This document shows, piece by piece, positions 32,534 through 41,664 of a DNA stretch of 64,000 nucleotides. Positions within the stretch are counted from its first letter, which is position 1, and every line of letters starts with the position of its first letter. The stretch is from Candidatus Latescibacterota bacterium (lineage in GTDB: Bacteria; Latescibacterota; UBA2968; UBA8231), in assembly GCA_965243025.1 (NCBI GenBank), contig CBDETY010000003.1:4896001-4960000 (forward strand), in the 5' to 3' direction. The translations under genes were made by a program, and so were the position numbers. The notes beneath the pieces are model-generated. The model was not told the origin of the DNA and did not search any database. It saw nothing but the letters and a program-made list of their open reading frames with translations.

Positions 32534-33034
32534 TCAGCGAGGTACCGAATATTCGCCGCTCTCGATGGCTCGCTCGAGCTCCTGGTGGAAAGTGCTGTCG
32601 AGATAGGAGGTAATCTTCCAACCTTTGTTGCCCGGATCGTCCTCGCGGAGAAAGTAGAAATAAGGTGATGTCGGCGATTCGGTTCTGCCGGTATCGACAT
32701 CGAACAACAGGTAAGCGATTCGTTTATTGATTTCGCGCTCTTCGACGATCTCCCGCCTCGCCAGGTCTTTCTCCAAGGTTCGACGCTGCTCCGGCCAGTT
32801 GTCCTTCCAACGCTGCAGATCACCTTCGAAGTCGGCTTTCCGGTAGCTCCCAGCCAGGCAGTTCCAAGCCGCGACGGCGTCGTTTTTTCCAACGGCATCC
32901 CGGTAGGTTTTATATGTAGCAGCGGGGCTTGAATACCTGCGATCGTCAGGCGAATCCCCGCAGGCACCTGCAAGCAGCCACAACGAGGCGACGACGGCCG
33001 CCCGGTACCGAACCGGAACATCGAAACGGATCAT
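32534..33034 (-). CDS. Hypothetical lipoprotein
   Basis: Lipobox LAGAC. SP.ATY..Y..A...D...AW and WKI segments suggest an NTF2/DUF4878-like fold (inference). Confidence 0.65.
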   Translation of the reverse strand: MIRFDVPVRYRAAVVASLWLLAGACGDSPDDRRYSSPAATYKTYRDAVGKNDAVAAWNCLAGSYRKADFEGDLQRWKDNWPEQRRTLEKDLARREIVEEREINKRIAYLLFDVDTGRTESPTSPYFYFLREDDPGNKGWKITSYLDSTFHQELERAIESGEYSVPR

Positions 33035-33086
33035 ACCCAGGAAGTTCAAGCAATACGGTCGGGGTGAAGCCCGGAAGGAACTACGA

Positions 33087-33806
33087 TTACGAGTCGTGTT
33101 CCGCTGTGGAGCGAGCAATCTCGTCACGCAACTCCGCAGCTTTTTCGTATTCCTCGCAGATGACGGCTATTTCGAGAAGGTGGTGCAACAGTGTCAGCCG
33201 GTGCGAGTGGGCGGTTTCCGGGTTTTCGATGGCGGTTTCCACCTCGTCCGGGGGGGAAACCCCGGCGGCGTCACCGTTCAGGTCCGGGCCTGGTCCGGCA
33301 TCGTCGACAATCTGGGGATCGAATTCGCAGAAGTGCTCGATCGCCTTGTCAATGGAATCGCCGCTCGAGTAACCCGCCATGTCGAGAACCTGCCCGGTGG
33401 CATACAAAGGGACCTGTGCCCGCAGTCCCATGGCCACCGCATCCGAAGGGCGAGCATCTACCTCGTGCAGGGCGCCTTCGATTTCGAGGACGACGGTTGC
33501 AAAGAAAGTGGAATTGTGTACCGAGTGAATGATGATCCGTCGTGCATCCGCGTTCAAGCGTTGGAGCATGGTCGTCAACAAATCGTGAGAGATAGGTCGC
33601 AGGGGAGGCTGGTCTCGACGAAGTTTCATCTGGATTGCCGCGGCCTCGAATTCCCCTATGGCGATCGGAAGCAAACGAGGCATGTCGGCATTTTTTTCGC
33701 ACAGCCAGAGGAGCGGTTTTTCAACGCGGGGAAAGGGGCTCACCCGGATGACGGACATCTCCACAAGAGCGCCGGTTCGTCCCGAGTTCGCAGTGTTCAT
33801 CAACAA
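33087..33806 (-). CDS. Bifunctional nuclease (DUF151/BFN) with C-terminal UVR domain, copy 2
   Basis: LPIAIGEFEAAAI, RPISHDL, DARPSDAVA and EEYEKAAELRDEI. Confidence 0.88.
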   Translation of the reverse strand: MLMNTANSGRTGALVEMSVIRVSPFPRVEKPLLWLCEKNADMPRLLPIAIGEFEAAAIQMKLRRDQPPLRPISHDLLTTMLQRLNADARRIIIHSVHNSTFFATVVLEIEGALHEVDARPSDAVAMGLRAQVPLYATGQVLDMAGYSSGDSIDKAIEHFCEFDPQIVDDAGPGPDLNGDAAGVSPPDEVETAIENPETAHSHRLTLLHHLLEIAVICEEYEKAAELRDEIARSTAEHDS

Positions 33807-33814
33807 TGCCGCTT

Positions 33815-34450
33815 TCAGGGTTGGCGCTGCAGTTCGGTGATGCGGTCGCGAAGTCGCGCCGCTTCTTCGTAGGCCTCCTCGGACACCGCCTGCCTCAAAC
33901 GCCTCTTCAGTAAATCGAGTGGGGTAGGGGTGTCCTCGGCGCTGGCGGGCGGCTCGGACAATCCTCCCACCCCCGTCCCGGAAAACTCGCCGAAACCCGG
34001 TTTCTTCAGTTCGGGCACGCTACGCACAGATTCCGGTGATTCGGACTGTTCCGGCGTACTTTCAGCCCCTTCCTGGAGCACCTGTTCAGAAGCGAAAATC
34101 GGCGCATCCGTACGCAAGGCAAGCGCGATCGCATCGCTCGGACGCGAATCGATGGCAGTGGTAGTACCATCGGCGTCTCGAAGGTGAATCTCGGCGTAGT
34201 AAATGCCGTCGCGGAGGCCAGTGATCTCGATCCGCTCGATGTGGGCGTTTATTTCGTTGAGCAAGGCGCAGGCCAGATCGTAGCTCAGAGGACGAACCGG
34301 TTTCTGCCCGTTATGGGCTGCCGAAATTGCCCCGGCCTCGCTGGGTCCGATCATGATCTGCAGGCAGGATGCCCCCTCTTTCTCCTGGAGGACAACTCGG
34401 TGGTACGTCCCGGAATTGGCCTGAACTTCACGTACCTGCATCTCAACCAT
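33815..34450 (-). CDS. Bifunctional nuclease (DUF151/BFN) with C-terminal UVR domain, copy 1
   Basis: IMIGPSEAGAI, RPLSYDL, DSRPSDAIALA and EAYEEAARLRDRI. Confidence 0.9.
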   Translation of the reverse strand: MVEMQVREVQANSGTYHRVVLQEKEGASCLQIMIGPSEAGAISAAHNGQKPVRPLSYDLACALLNEINAHIERIEITGLRDGIYYAEIHLRDADGTTTAIDSRPSDAIALALRTDAPIFASEQVLQEGAESTPEQSESPESVRSVPELKKPGFGEFSGTGVGGLSEPPASAEDTPTPLDLLKRRLRQAVSEEAYEEAARLRDRITELQRQP

Positions 34451-34497
34451 GGTAGGCGCACACCTTCAGGAGGGGGGGTTGCCCGCTGCGTTGGCGA

Positions 34498-34527
34498 AAT
34501 ATAACACGCTGCAAAAAAACGTGTCAA
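34498..34527 (-). promoter_or_regulatory. Sigma70-type promoter upstream of the DUF151 pair
   Basis: - strand TTGACA-18 nt-TATATT with an extended -10 TGn. Confidence 0.55.
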
Positions 34528-34574
34528 CAGCCTCTCCCCGCCTCGTTTTTCCTACCGTAAGTGGTTGAAAAAAA

Positions 34575-34736
34575 TCAACTTTCGGCATCTTCGCCTCGTG
34601 GTGAGGAAGGCAGGTTGCGCAGCTGCTCGGCCAGGGAATCGCTGCGTTTTTTCAGGTGGACGACGTAGGCGAACAGGATGATCCAGACAGCGGAACAAGC
34701 CGCGAACAGGTAGGGGAGGTTGGGATCGGTTTGCAT
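34575..34736 (-). CDS. ccmD: CcmD-family haem exporter small membrane protein
   Basis: MQTDPNLPYLFAACSAVWIILFAYV followed by a basic tail, directly after ccmC. Confidence 0.75.
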   Translation of the reverse strand: MQTDPNLPYLFAACSAVWIILFAYVVHLKKRSDSLAEQLRNLPSSPRGEDAES

Positions 34737-34789
34737 CGCAAAGGTCCTTGGGAATTTCGATGTGGTTACTGGGGGCACAGCCGGCAGTT

Positions 34790-35464
34790 TCAGGATTCGG
34801 ACCGGCGTTGGCGGAATCGCATTTCTTCGAGAATCGCTGCGGAGCGCTCCAGCTCAACTCTCAGGTTCATCAGGTAGAAGAACAGTAATCCAAATGCCAC
34901 GTAACAGAGGTATTTCGTCTGGGCCATTTCCGTGGCCATCTGGACTCCTCGCTGGGGATGCAGTTGCTGCTCTGGCGCCCATAAATCCACAGAGTAGTGC
35001 ACGAGAGGAATATTGACGAACGCGACGACTCCGAGGACTGCGGCGTAGCGTCGCATCCGGTCCGCATGGCCCGATGCGTAGGCACGGACCATGAGGTAGG
35101 CGACGTACATGGCAAAGGTGATGAGCATTGTCGTCAGGCGGGGCTCCCAGCGCCAGAACACACCCCAGACCGGCTTCGCCCACAGCGGACCGGTCACCAG
35201 GTTGATGGCCGAAAACAGGACCCCGAGCTCCGCTGCCGCCGTGGCGATCCGGTCCCACCGTACCTGGCGCGTTTTCAGGTAGGCGATGCTGGCGATGAAG
35301 ACGAGGAAAAAAGCCGCGAAGGCGGTCATGGCCGCCGGAACGTGGAAATAGAAGATCCGCTGCACGTTTCCCATTTCCCGCTCAGTCGGGGCGTACAGGA
35401 AGACCGCTGCCAGGGCCAGCAGCATTGCCGCAAACACGCAAATCGACAGAAGGCGGGATGCCAT
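34790..35464 (-). CDS. ccmC: Cytochrome c biogenesis haem exporter CcmC
   Basis: RIFYFHVP, WAKPVWGVFWRWEPRLT (WWD motif variant) and LHP. Confidence 0.93.
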   Translation of the reverse strand: MASRLLSICVFAAMLLALAAVFLYAPTEREMGNVQRIFYFHVPAAMTAFAAFFLVFIASIAYLKTRQVRWDRIATAAAELGVLFSAINLVTGPLWAKPVWGVFWRWEPRLTTMLITFAMYVAYLMVRAYASGHADRMRRYAAVLGVVAFVNIPLVHYSVDLWAPEQQLHPQRGVQMATEMAQTKYLCYVAFGLLFFYLMNLRVELERSAAILEEMRFRQRRSES

Positions 35465-35467
35465 GGG

Positions 35468-36193
35468 TCAGGATTCCTCGACAACGTAGTCGAACAACAT
35501 CGTCGACAGGGTAGTGAAAACCAACGCGTATACAGTGAGAATCTGCAGGTGTCGCCACCACTGCGAACGCAGATCCGGTTGCAGTCCCAGGCGCACCTGC
35601 TCCAATACCGCGGTTGTCGCTTCAACGCAGGATATGATCAGTGGAACGATTACCGGCAGTATCAGCATGGGAAGAATGAACTCGCGAAGACGCGTATGCT
35701 GCGCCATGGCGGCAAACAGTGTTCCCACCGCGGCCAGCCCTGCCGAGCCAAGCAGCAGAACCGGCAACAAGAGAAGAAGCGGAGGGCTGAAAGGGAGGTT
35801 GAAAAACAGCGCGAAAACCGGCATGCTGATTATTTCGACCAGGAGAAGAAACAGGACGTTACCCAGCATCTTGGCCAGGTAAAGGGCGGTGGGACTGTTG
35901 GCGGCAAGCAGCAGGGCATCGAGACAGTGGCTTTCCCGCTCCGATGCGAAGGTCTGGTTAAGGCCGAACAGGCTCGCGAATACATAGGACCCCCACAATA
36001 CACCCGGGCCGATCTCGGTCAGGGCGGCCCCGCCCAACTCGAAGGAAAAGTTGAAAACCAACAGCATCAGGAGCACGAAAAAGGCTGTGGGTACCAGCCG
36101 CGCTCTCGTGCGCCACTCGAGCATTGTGTCCTTCCACAAGAGGGTGCCGATCTGCCTTGTCAAGGAAGCACCCTCTCGTCCGGTTCTTTCCAT
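35468..36193 (-). CDS. ccmB: Haem exporter permease CcmB
   Basis: WKDTMLEWR, GVLWGS, F..ERE..CLDAL and LPMLILP. Confidence 0.9.
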   Translation of the reverse strand: MERTGREGASLTRQIGTLLWKDTMLEWRTRARLVPTAFFVLLMLLVFNFSFELGGAALTEIGPGVLWGSYVFASLFGLNQTFASERESHCLDALLLAANSPTALYLAKMLGNVLFLLLVEIISMPVFALFFNLPFSPPLLLLLPVLLLGSAGLAAVGTLFAAMAQHTRLREFILPMLILPVIVPLIISCVEATTAVLEQVRLGLQPDLRSQWWRHLQILTVYALVFTTLSTMLFDYVVEES

Positions 36194-36211
36194 AATCCCG
36201 AACCCGCGATT

Positions 36212-36910
36212 TCACCTCGACACTTGAACCGTGCAGGCCTCCCGCAGCTGACCGGCGTCTCCTTCCCACAAGGAGTTCCGCTCCAGGCGCCCGGCGCGCA
36301 ACAGGACCAGGCGGGTCACGAGGCATGCCAGTTCCTCGCAGCGGTGGGCGATGACGACAACGGTCTTCCCCCGGCTCTTGAACGCCTTCAGCTGCCGGAG
36401 CAAGTCGTCGGATCCGTTGCGGTCCAGAGCCTCGAACGGCTCGTCGAGAAACAGCAACTCCGGTTCCTGAACCATGGCCCGCGCGAGGGCCAGGCGCTGC
36501 TTCATCCCGCGCGAAAGATCGCCAACCCTGCGGTGCTGAAACCGCACGATTCCCCCCTCGGCGATCAGGTCGTCCACACGGGACCGGGGCCGCACTCCGT
36601 ACATGCGGGCGAAGAAGTCGAGGTTTTCCCGTGCAGAGAGATCGTCGTAAAGCAGCGGCTGATGCGAAAGCAAGCCAACGGCGCGACGCGCGGAGGCATT
36701 GCGCGGCTCCAGACCGGAAATCAGCACCCGGCCACGGGTAGGTTGTGACAGGCCGGAAAACAGTCGCACCAGGGTGCTTTTTCCGGCACCGTTGGGACCG
36801 GCAACGAGGACGAACTCACCGGACTGTATGGTGAGCGAAATTCCGTCCAGGGCCACCAGGGACCCGAATCGTTTGGTCACATCGTAAAGTTGAATGGCAG
36901 GTACGGTCAT
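36212..36910 (-). CDS. ccmA: Haem ABC exporter ATPase CcmA
   Basis: GPNGAGKST, LSRGMKQR and LDEP, directly upstream of ccmB. Confidence 0.9.
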   Translation of the reverse strand: MTVPAIQLYDVTKRFGSLVALDGISLTIQSGEFVLVAGPNGAGKSTLVRLFSGLSQPTRGRVLISGLEPRNASARRAVGLLSHQPLLYDDLSARENLDFFARMYGVRPRSRVDDLIAEGGIVRFQHRRVGDLSRGMKQRLALARAMVQEPELLFLDEPFEALDRNGSDDLLRQLKAFKSRGKTVVVIAHRCEELACLVTRLVLLRAGRLERNSLWEGDAGQLREACTVQVSR

Positions 36911-38061
36911 GAGTTTCCTGCATCCGCCTCCCCGTCGAGCAGTTGATATACAGCCTCGGCGCGGCGCATCAGACCATCCCGGCTGGCGCGTTCATCCCTC
37001 GCGAGATCACTCTCCGGACAGGACGCCAGCTTTTTAACGAGCTGTATGCGTGCTTGCTCGAGGTCTTCCCGGGTCGCCCGAGGGTCCACCCCTGCGGACC
37101 GGGCTAACTGCTCGCGCGAGTACCCGGTTTCCTCGGGGACTCGCAGGACCCTGCTTGCTCCTGCTGCGAACAGGAGAGTCATCAACGAACCCCCCAGGGC
37201 AAGCCATTTCATCATCCAGCCTTTCGGACGGTGGGCTGGCAGCGGGATGTCGACTACGGCAGCGCCGGCTTCGGGTTGGAGCACGTACCACCGGTACGGG
37301 CGCTCGTGAATCGGGACTTCGCCACGGTCGATGAATGGCGCCGGCAGATCGATGGTCGGCGGGGACAGGTACAGTTCGAGAAGCCCGGTCGGATAAAGAA
37401 AGTGGTGACGGTACCGCGAGCCGGCGGTTGTCCGATCGAGCCCGAAGGAGAAGGCAACCGTTGAACGTCCCGGTGGCAGAGGTTGGGTATCGTGGAACCG
37501 GTTGGCCTCTCCCGGTACCAAGTCGCCGGAAAGGGAACGCAGGCCGAACAGGCCGGCAGGCAGCAGAAACTCGGTGACTCGCCGTTCCTTCCCATCCCCG
37601 CTTCCCGTGTAGGTTGCGCGTCCCTGGTTTTCGATCTCGACGAACTGAGCGACCTCGATCGTTTCCCGGCTGACGGTAAGCACCATGCGGTGGTTGTCGA
37701 TCTTCAGGTCGGCCCTCTCGCCGCCCGGGTCGAATACCTCGAGGACGATCTGTTTCTGCGAATCCGCCCGTAAACGCGCGGATGGATAGGGAATGCCGCG
37801 GTAGAAAGGGACGAGTACGAAGGTCAGATCCCGGGTCAGGAAAGGACCGGAGAAGGAGATTCGGCCCCAGTTGTCGGTGCGCTTGCGCAGGATCTCCTCC
37901 GGGGTGCCCCGGTCGACCAGGAAGGCGACTTCTGTACCGCCCACCGGTTGGCCCGATTCTCCGTGAACGACGTAGGCATCGATGGTGTCGCCGCAGACCG
38001 GAGCGAGAAACAGTGCAATATCGAGGATGGCGGCCCGGCCCGGCGCCTTCACCCGAATCAC
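36907..38061 (-). CDS. Hypothetical membrane-anchored protein inside the ccm operon (periplasmic beta-sandwich domains, TM helix, helical tail)
   Basis: Overlaps both neighbours. N-terminal G(QP)VGG..V...RTD..GR.SF carboxypeptidase-regulatory-like segment and a TM helix WLALGGSLMTLLFAA. Confidence 0.7.
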   Translation of the reverse strand: MIRVKAPGRAAILDIALFLAPVCGDTIDAYVVHGESGQPVGGTEVAFLVDRGTPEEILRKRTDNWGRISFSGPFLTRDLTFVLVPFYRGIPYPSARLRADSQKQIVLEVFDPGGERADLKIDNHRMVLTVSRETIEVAQFVEIENQGRATYTGSGDGKERRVTEFLLPAGLFGLRSLSGDLVPGEANRFHDTQPLPPGRSTVAFSFGLDRTTAGSRYRHHFLYPTGLLELYLSPPTIDLPAPFIDRGEVPIHERPYRWYVLQPEAGAAVVDIPLPAHRPKGWMMKWLALGGSLMTLLFAAGASRVLRVPEETGYSREQLARSAGVDPRATREDLEQARIQLVKKLASCPESDLARDERASRDGLMRRAEAVYQLLDGEADAGNS

Positions 38062-38504
38062 AGGCGGGCGCCGCACTGGGAGCAGAAGCGATGGCTCGCC
38101 GCACCAGGGGCACCGCAGGCAGTGCAGAAGAAAGCAGGAGCCCCGGGATGATCCCGCCGGGAGCGCATTTCGGCGATGTCACGCTCGATGCGGGCGGCTA
38201 GTTGCTCCGATTCGGGATATCCGTTCGGCTGATCGAGTTCGCGCAGGATGGCGACCGCCTGATCTTCCAGCGCCCCCCTTTGTCGCCGGTATTCGTCGTC
38301 GGACAACTTGCCGACGGAGTGGTCGAATTCGAGCTCTTTAATCGATGAGTACAGTTGTTCCTTGCGCTCGTGCAAAGCCAGTCGCCGCCGCCCGGCCGCT
38401 CGCCGAGCCGCCGAACCGGAGGTGGCGTCGAAAAAGGGAACCACAACGAATGCCAGGATTGTCAGCGCCAGTGCCACGCAGGTGGCGGTAATTGCGATCT
38501 CCAC
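38058..38504 (-). CDS. CcmI-N-terminus-like membrane protein with C-terminal zinc ribbon
   Basis: TM helix ending in VPF, IKELEFD..VGKLS..EY and a FCTACG-x8-FCSQCG zinc ribbon. Confidence 0.75.
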   Translation of the reverse strand: MEIAITATCVALALTILAFVVVPFFDATSGSAARRAAGRRRLALHERKEQLYSSIKELEFDHSVGKLSDDEYRRQRGALEDQAVAILRELDQPNGYPESEQLAARIERDIAEMRSRRDHPGAPAFFCTACGAPGAASHRFCSQCGARL

Positions 38505-38511
38505 GCGCGGC

Positions 38512-39021
38512 TTACTCCCTGTCCATTCGCGCGAGGTCTTCCCGCAGTCGGGATTCGTAATCCGCGCTATCGTCGTCCTTCGGGAGGAGGGTTTCCGCGA
38601 CGGGATCCCCCTTTCTCCGAAGCCAACGGTGCAGAACCGCGAGAACGGCGAGGACGCCCGCAAAAAGAACGGCGACCGGCGTCAGGCGGCTGATCCATCG
38701 TGAACTTCCGGGAGGAGGCTCGGAAAGAACCGTATTGCCAAAGCGCTCGACGTAACTGGCGACGATCTCTTCGGCGCTCATTCCCGAGGCCATCTGGCGG
38801 CCGATTGCCTCCCGTTCTGGAACGGCGAAGGCGGTGCAGACGCAGGTCGCCAGGGATTCGCGGGGGCAGCTCCCGCAAAGACAGACCAGGTCTGAGGCGA
38901 CCTCCTTGATCTGTTCCGGAGTGGGGAACCGTGCGACCGGGCCCGTTGTTTCGGCGTGGCTGGCTGCGGGGAACCAGGTGGCCAGGCCCAGGCATGCGGA
39001 AATCGCGGCTGCGCGAATCAC
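38512..39021 (-). CDS. ccmH: Cytochrome c biogenesis protein CcmH/CcmL
   Basis: LVCLCGSC..SLA.C and G.S.EEIV..YVERFG..VL..PP. Confidence 0.85.
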   Translation of the reverse strand: MIRAAAISACLGLATWFPAASHAETTGPVARFPTPEQIKEVASDLVCLCGSCPRESLATCVCTAFAVPEREAIGRQMASGMSAEEIVASYVERFGNTVLSEPPPGSSRWISRLTPVAVLFAGVLAVLAVLHRWLRRKGDPVAETLLPKDDDSADYESRLREDLARMDRE

Positions 39022-39027
39022 GGGAAT

Positions 39028-41046
39028 TCAGACGCGGGCCCCGGCAGGTTCCGGTAACCCCGTGGCAGCTGTCCCGCCGCGGAACGATTCGCGGTCGAGC
39101 TCAGCCAGGCGGCGCTCCCGGGCCGATGGCCACATGACCCACAGAGAGCTGAGCAGGAAAAGGATTCCACCGGCCCATACGCAGTTGACGAGCGGGTTTA
39201 TGTACACCTGGAACTTGGTGCTGTCGTCGCTGGCAGTTCCCACCAGGATCAGGTAGAAGTCCTCCAGCCGCGAAGACCAGATCGCGACTTCCGTGGTGTT
39301 CTGCTCGGAGCGGTGGTAGAAACGCCGTTCGGGCAACAGGGTTGCGAGAAACTCACCGTCGCGGCGAAGGGACAGCGCCGCGGCCCTGGTCGACTTGTGA
39401 GGGTCTTCGTGGTGCGCAAGGGACTCGAAAGTTACCGAGTAGCGGCCGATCTGCTGTTCCTCTCCATAATCGAGAACGAACTCCTTCTCCGTTGAAAAAG
39501 CCTTTCCCGTGAAACCTACGAACAGCAAAACCATGGCGATGTGCACGAGGTATCCCCCGTAGCGGCGCCTGCTCTTGCTCAACAGCCGCAGCAGAGCTGC
39601 AACAACCGTGTCGCCGGTGCTGCGGCGCCGCGACACCGCGCCGCGGTAGAACTCGAGAGCGACGGAACAGAATACGAAGCCGCACAAAGCCAGCGAGACG
39701 GCCGCGTACAGATCGCTCACTCCCAGAAGTATCGCACAGACAGCAGTGGCAGCGGCGCCGGCAAGGGGTGCGGCAAAATTGCGCTTAAGGCTTTCCGGGG
39801 ACGTTCGCCGCCAGGCAAACAGGGGGCCGGCGCCTGTGAGAAGCAACAGAACCAATCCCAACGGCACGTTGATGCGGTTGAAGAAGGGGGGGCCCACGGT
39901 GATCTTGTCCCCGGTCACGGCTTCGGATAGAACGGGAAACAGGGTTCCCCAAAGGACGGCGAACAGCATCCCGAGGAGGATCCAGTTGTTGAGAAGAAAA
40001 GCCGTTTCCCGCGAAGCGAAAGATTCGAGCCGGCTGCTGCTGCGCAGGGCCGGCAACCGGTACAGAAGCAGCGCCGTCGATCCGACGGCCAGCAGAACGA
40101 GGTAGACGACGAAGTAGCTTCCGATGCTCGACTGGGCAAACGAGTGAACCGACTCGATCAGGCCGCTGCGGGTGATGAACGTTCCGAACACCGTCATGCC
40201 GTAGGTAAGGAAGACGAGGATGATGTTCCAGACTTTGAGCATCCCCTTGCGTTCCTGGATCATGATCGAGTGCAGCAGCGCGGTCGCTGCCAGCCACGGC
40301 ATCAGAGACGCGTTCTCTACCGGGTCCCAGGCCCAGTAGCCACCCCAACCGAGCTCGACGTAGGCCCATTTTCCTCCCAGAAGGAGGCCGGCGCCCAACA
40401 GCGCCCAGGGAATGAGCAGCCACCTGCGCATGGCTCGCAGCCAGTTGCTGTCGAGGTTGCCGGACATCAAAGCGGCGAGCGCAAAGGCGAAGGGAACCGC
40501 CATACCGACCATTCCGGCGTACAGCATGGGCGGGTGGATCGCCATGTAGGGATGCTGAAGAATCGGGTTGAGGCCGTTGCCGTCAGCGGGGGCAAAGGGC
40601 AATCGCCTGAAGGGATCGGCGGCGTACAGATTCAACAGGATAAAGAAAAAACAATACCCGGCCAGGACTGCGGTTACGTAGGGCATCAGGTCGCGATAGC
40701 GGTAGCGATTGACGAGCAGCACGGCCGCCATGTAGATGGAGACCATCCACCCCCAGAACATCACCGAGCCGTTCTGCCCGCCCCACAACGAAGCGATCAC
40801 GTAGAGGGTCGGCATCGCCCGGTTCGAGTTCTCGGCGACGTACTGGACGGAGAAGTCGCCGGTGAGGATGGCGTACCACAAGCCCATTACAGCGATACCG
40901 AGCAGAACGAACACCGCCAGAGCGGCGTTTTCCCCGCTGCGAACGAGCCTTTCCTGATCTCTGCGGGCGCCGTAAAGCGAGGCGAACACGGCGTACCCCG
41001 CCGCTACCAACGCCAGGCACAGGGCAAAGTAGCCGACGTCGACCAT
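39028..41046 (-). CDS. ccmF: Cytochrome c haem lyase CcmF
   Basis: GLNPILQ, IHPPMLY, WAYVELGWGGYWAWDPVENAS and SVHSFA. Confidence 0.96.
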   Translation of the reverse strand: MVDVGYFALCLALVAAGYAVFASLYGARRDQERLVRSGENAALAVFVLLGIAVMGLWYAILTGDFSVQYVAENSNRAMPTLYVIASLWGGQNGSVMFWGWMVSIYMAAVLLVNRYRYRDLMPYVTAVLAGYCFFFILLNLYAADPFRRLPFAPADGNGLNPILQHPYMAIHPPMLYAGMVGMAVPFAFALAALMSGNLDSNWLRAMRRWLLIPWALLGAGLLLGGKWAYVELGWGGYWAWDPVENASLMPWLAATALLHSIMIQERKGMLKVWNIILVFLTYGMTVFGTFITRSGLIESVHSFAQSSIGSYFVVYLVLLAVGSTALLLYRLPALRSSSRLESFASRETAFLLNNWILLGMLFAVLWGTLFPVLSEAVTGDKITVGPPFFNRINVPLGLVLLLLTGAGPLFAWRRTSPESLKRNFAAPLAGAAATAVCAILLGVSDLYAAVSLALCGFVFCSVALEFYRGAVSRRRSTGDTVVAALLRLLSKSRRRYGGYLVHIAMVLLFVGFTGKAFSTEKEFVLDYGEEQQIGRYSVTFESLAHHEDPHKSTRAAALSLRRDGEFLATLLPERRFYHRSEQNTTEVAIWSSRLEDFYLILVGTASDDSTKFQVYINPLVNCVWAGGILFLLSSLWVMWPSARERRLAELDRESFRGGTAATGLPEPAGARV

Positions 41047-41081
41047 ATCAGGGGTTCAGATGTTGCAGGAGTGGGTTGGAG

Positions 41082-41570
41082 CTAAGGCCTGACCGCTTCG
41101 CCCATTGCCTCGACATGGCCCTCGTAACTCTGGCCTTCGTATTTCGAAGGGCATTTGGCGAAGATGATGTCGGCCTCGAAGAGACGCTGCCGCGGCAGGT
41201 ACCGGCCTTCCATCACCACCAGCGCCTCATCCTGAAAGGTGTCGGGCAGGACGGTGTTTCCGGAATACCTGACCTGCAGGGTGCGCTCGCCGTCGCCGAC
41301 GGTGAATTCCGGCCGGTGGCGGTACTCGTCCCATCGAATCGATCCCCTGACTACCGTACAGCCTCCAAGTTGGATGCGGCGGCCGGTGAGTTGCGCATCG
41401 TCGGCGCGCTCCAGCATCGACAGGGTCATGTGATGGGCAGCCGACTCGCGTACTCCGGCCGAGAACAGGTAGATCATGCCCGCGGCGATGACCAGGGAAC
41501 CGATTACAAACCTGTAGCGATTTATCAGCATGGGAGGAAAGCGAAGGCCTGCCTGATTGCGGCTCATCAA
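41082..41570 (-). CDS. ccmE: Haem chaperone CcmE, Cys-type (System I*)
   Basis: Y.G...PDTF and AKCPSKY (CxxxY in place of HxxxY). True start may be ATG 41531. Confidence 0.9.
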   Translation of the reverse strand: MMSRNQAGLRFPPMLINRYRFVIGSLVIAAGMIYLFSAGVRESAAHHMTLSMLERADDAQLTGRRIQLGGCTVVRGSIRWDEYRHRPEFTVGDGERTLQVRYSGNTVLPDTFQDEALVVMEGRYLPRQRLFEADIIFAKCPSKYEGQSYEGHVEAMGEAVRP

Positions 41571-41664
41571 GCCGACTCCAGAACTTCCTCAATCGAGTAT
41601 GGATTCGCAAATGAACACCCTGCCCGCTGGTGTCCCGGGGGGCCATTGCCCGGGCGCGCAGGAA

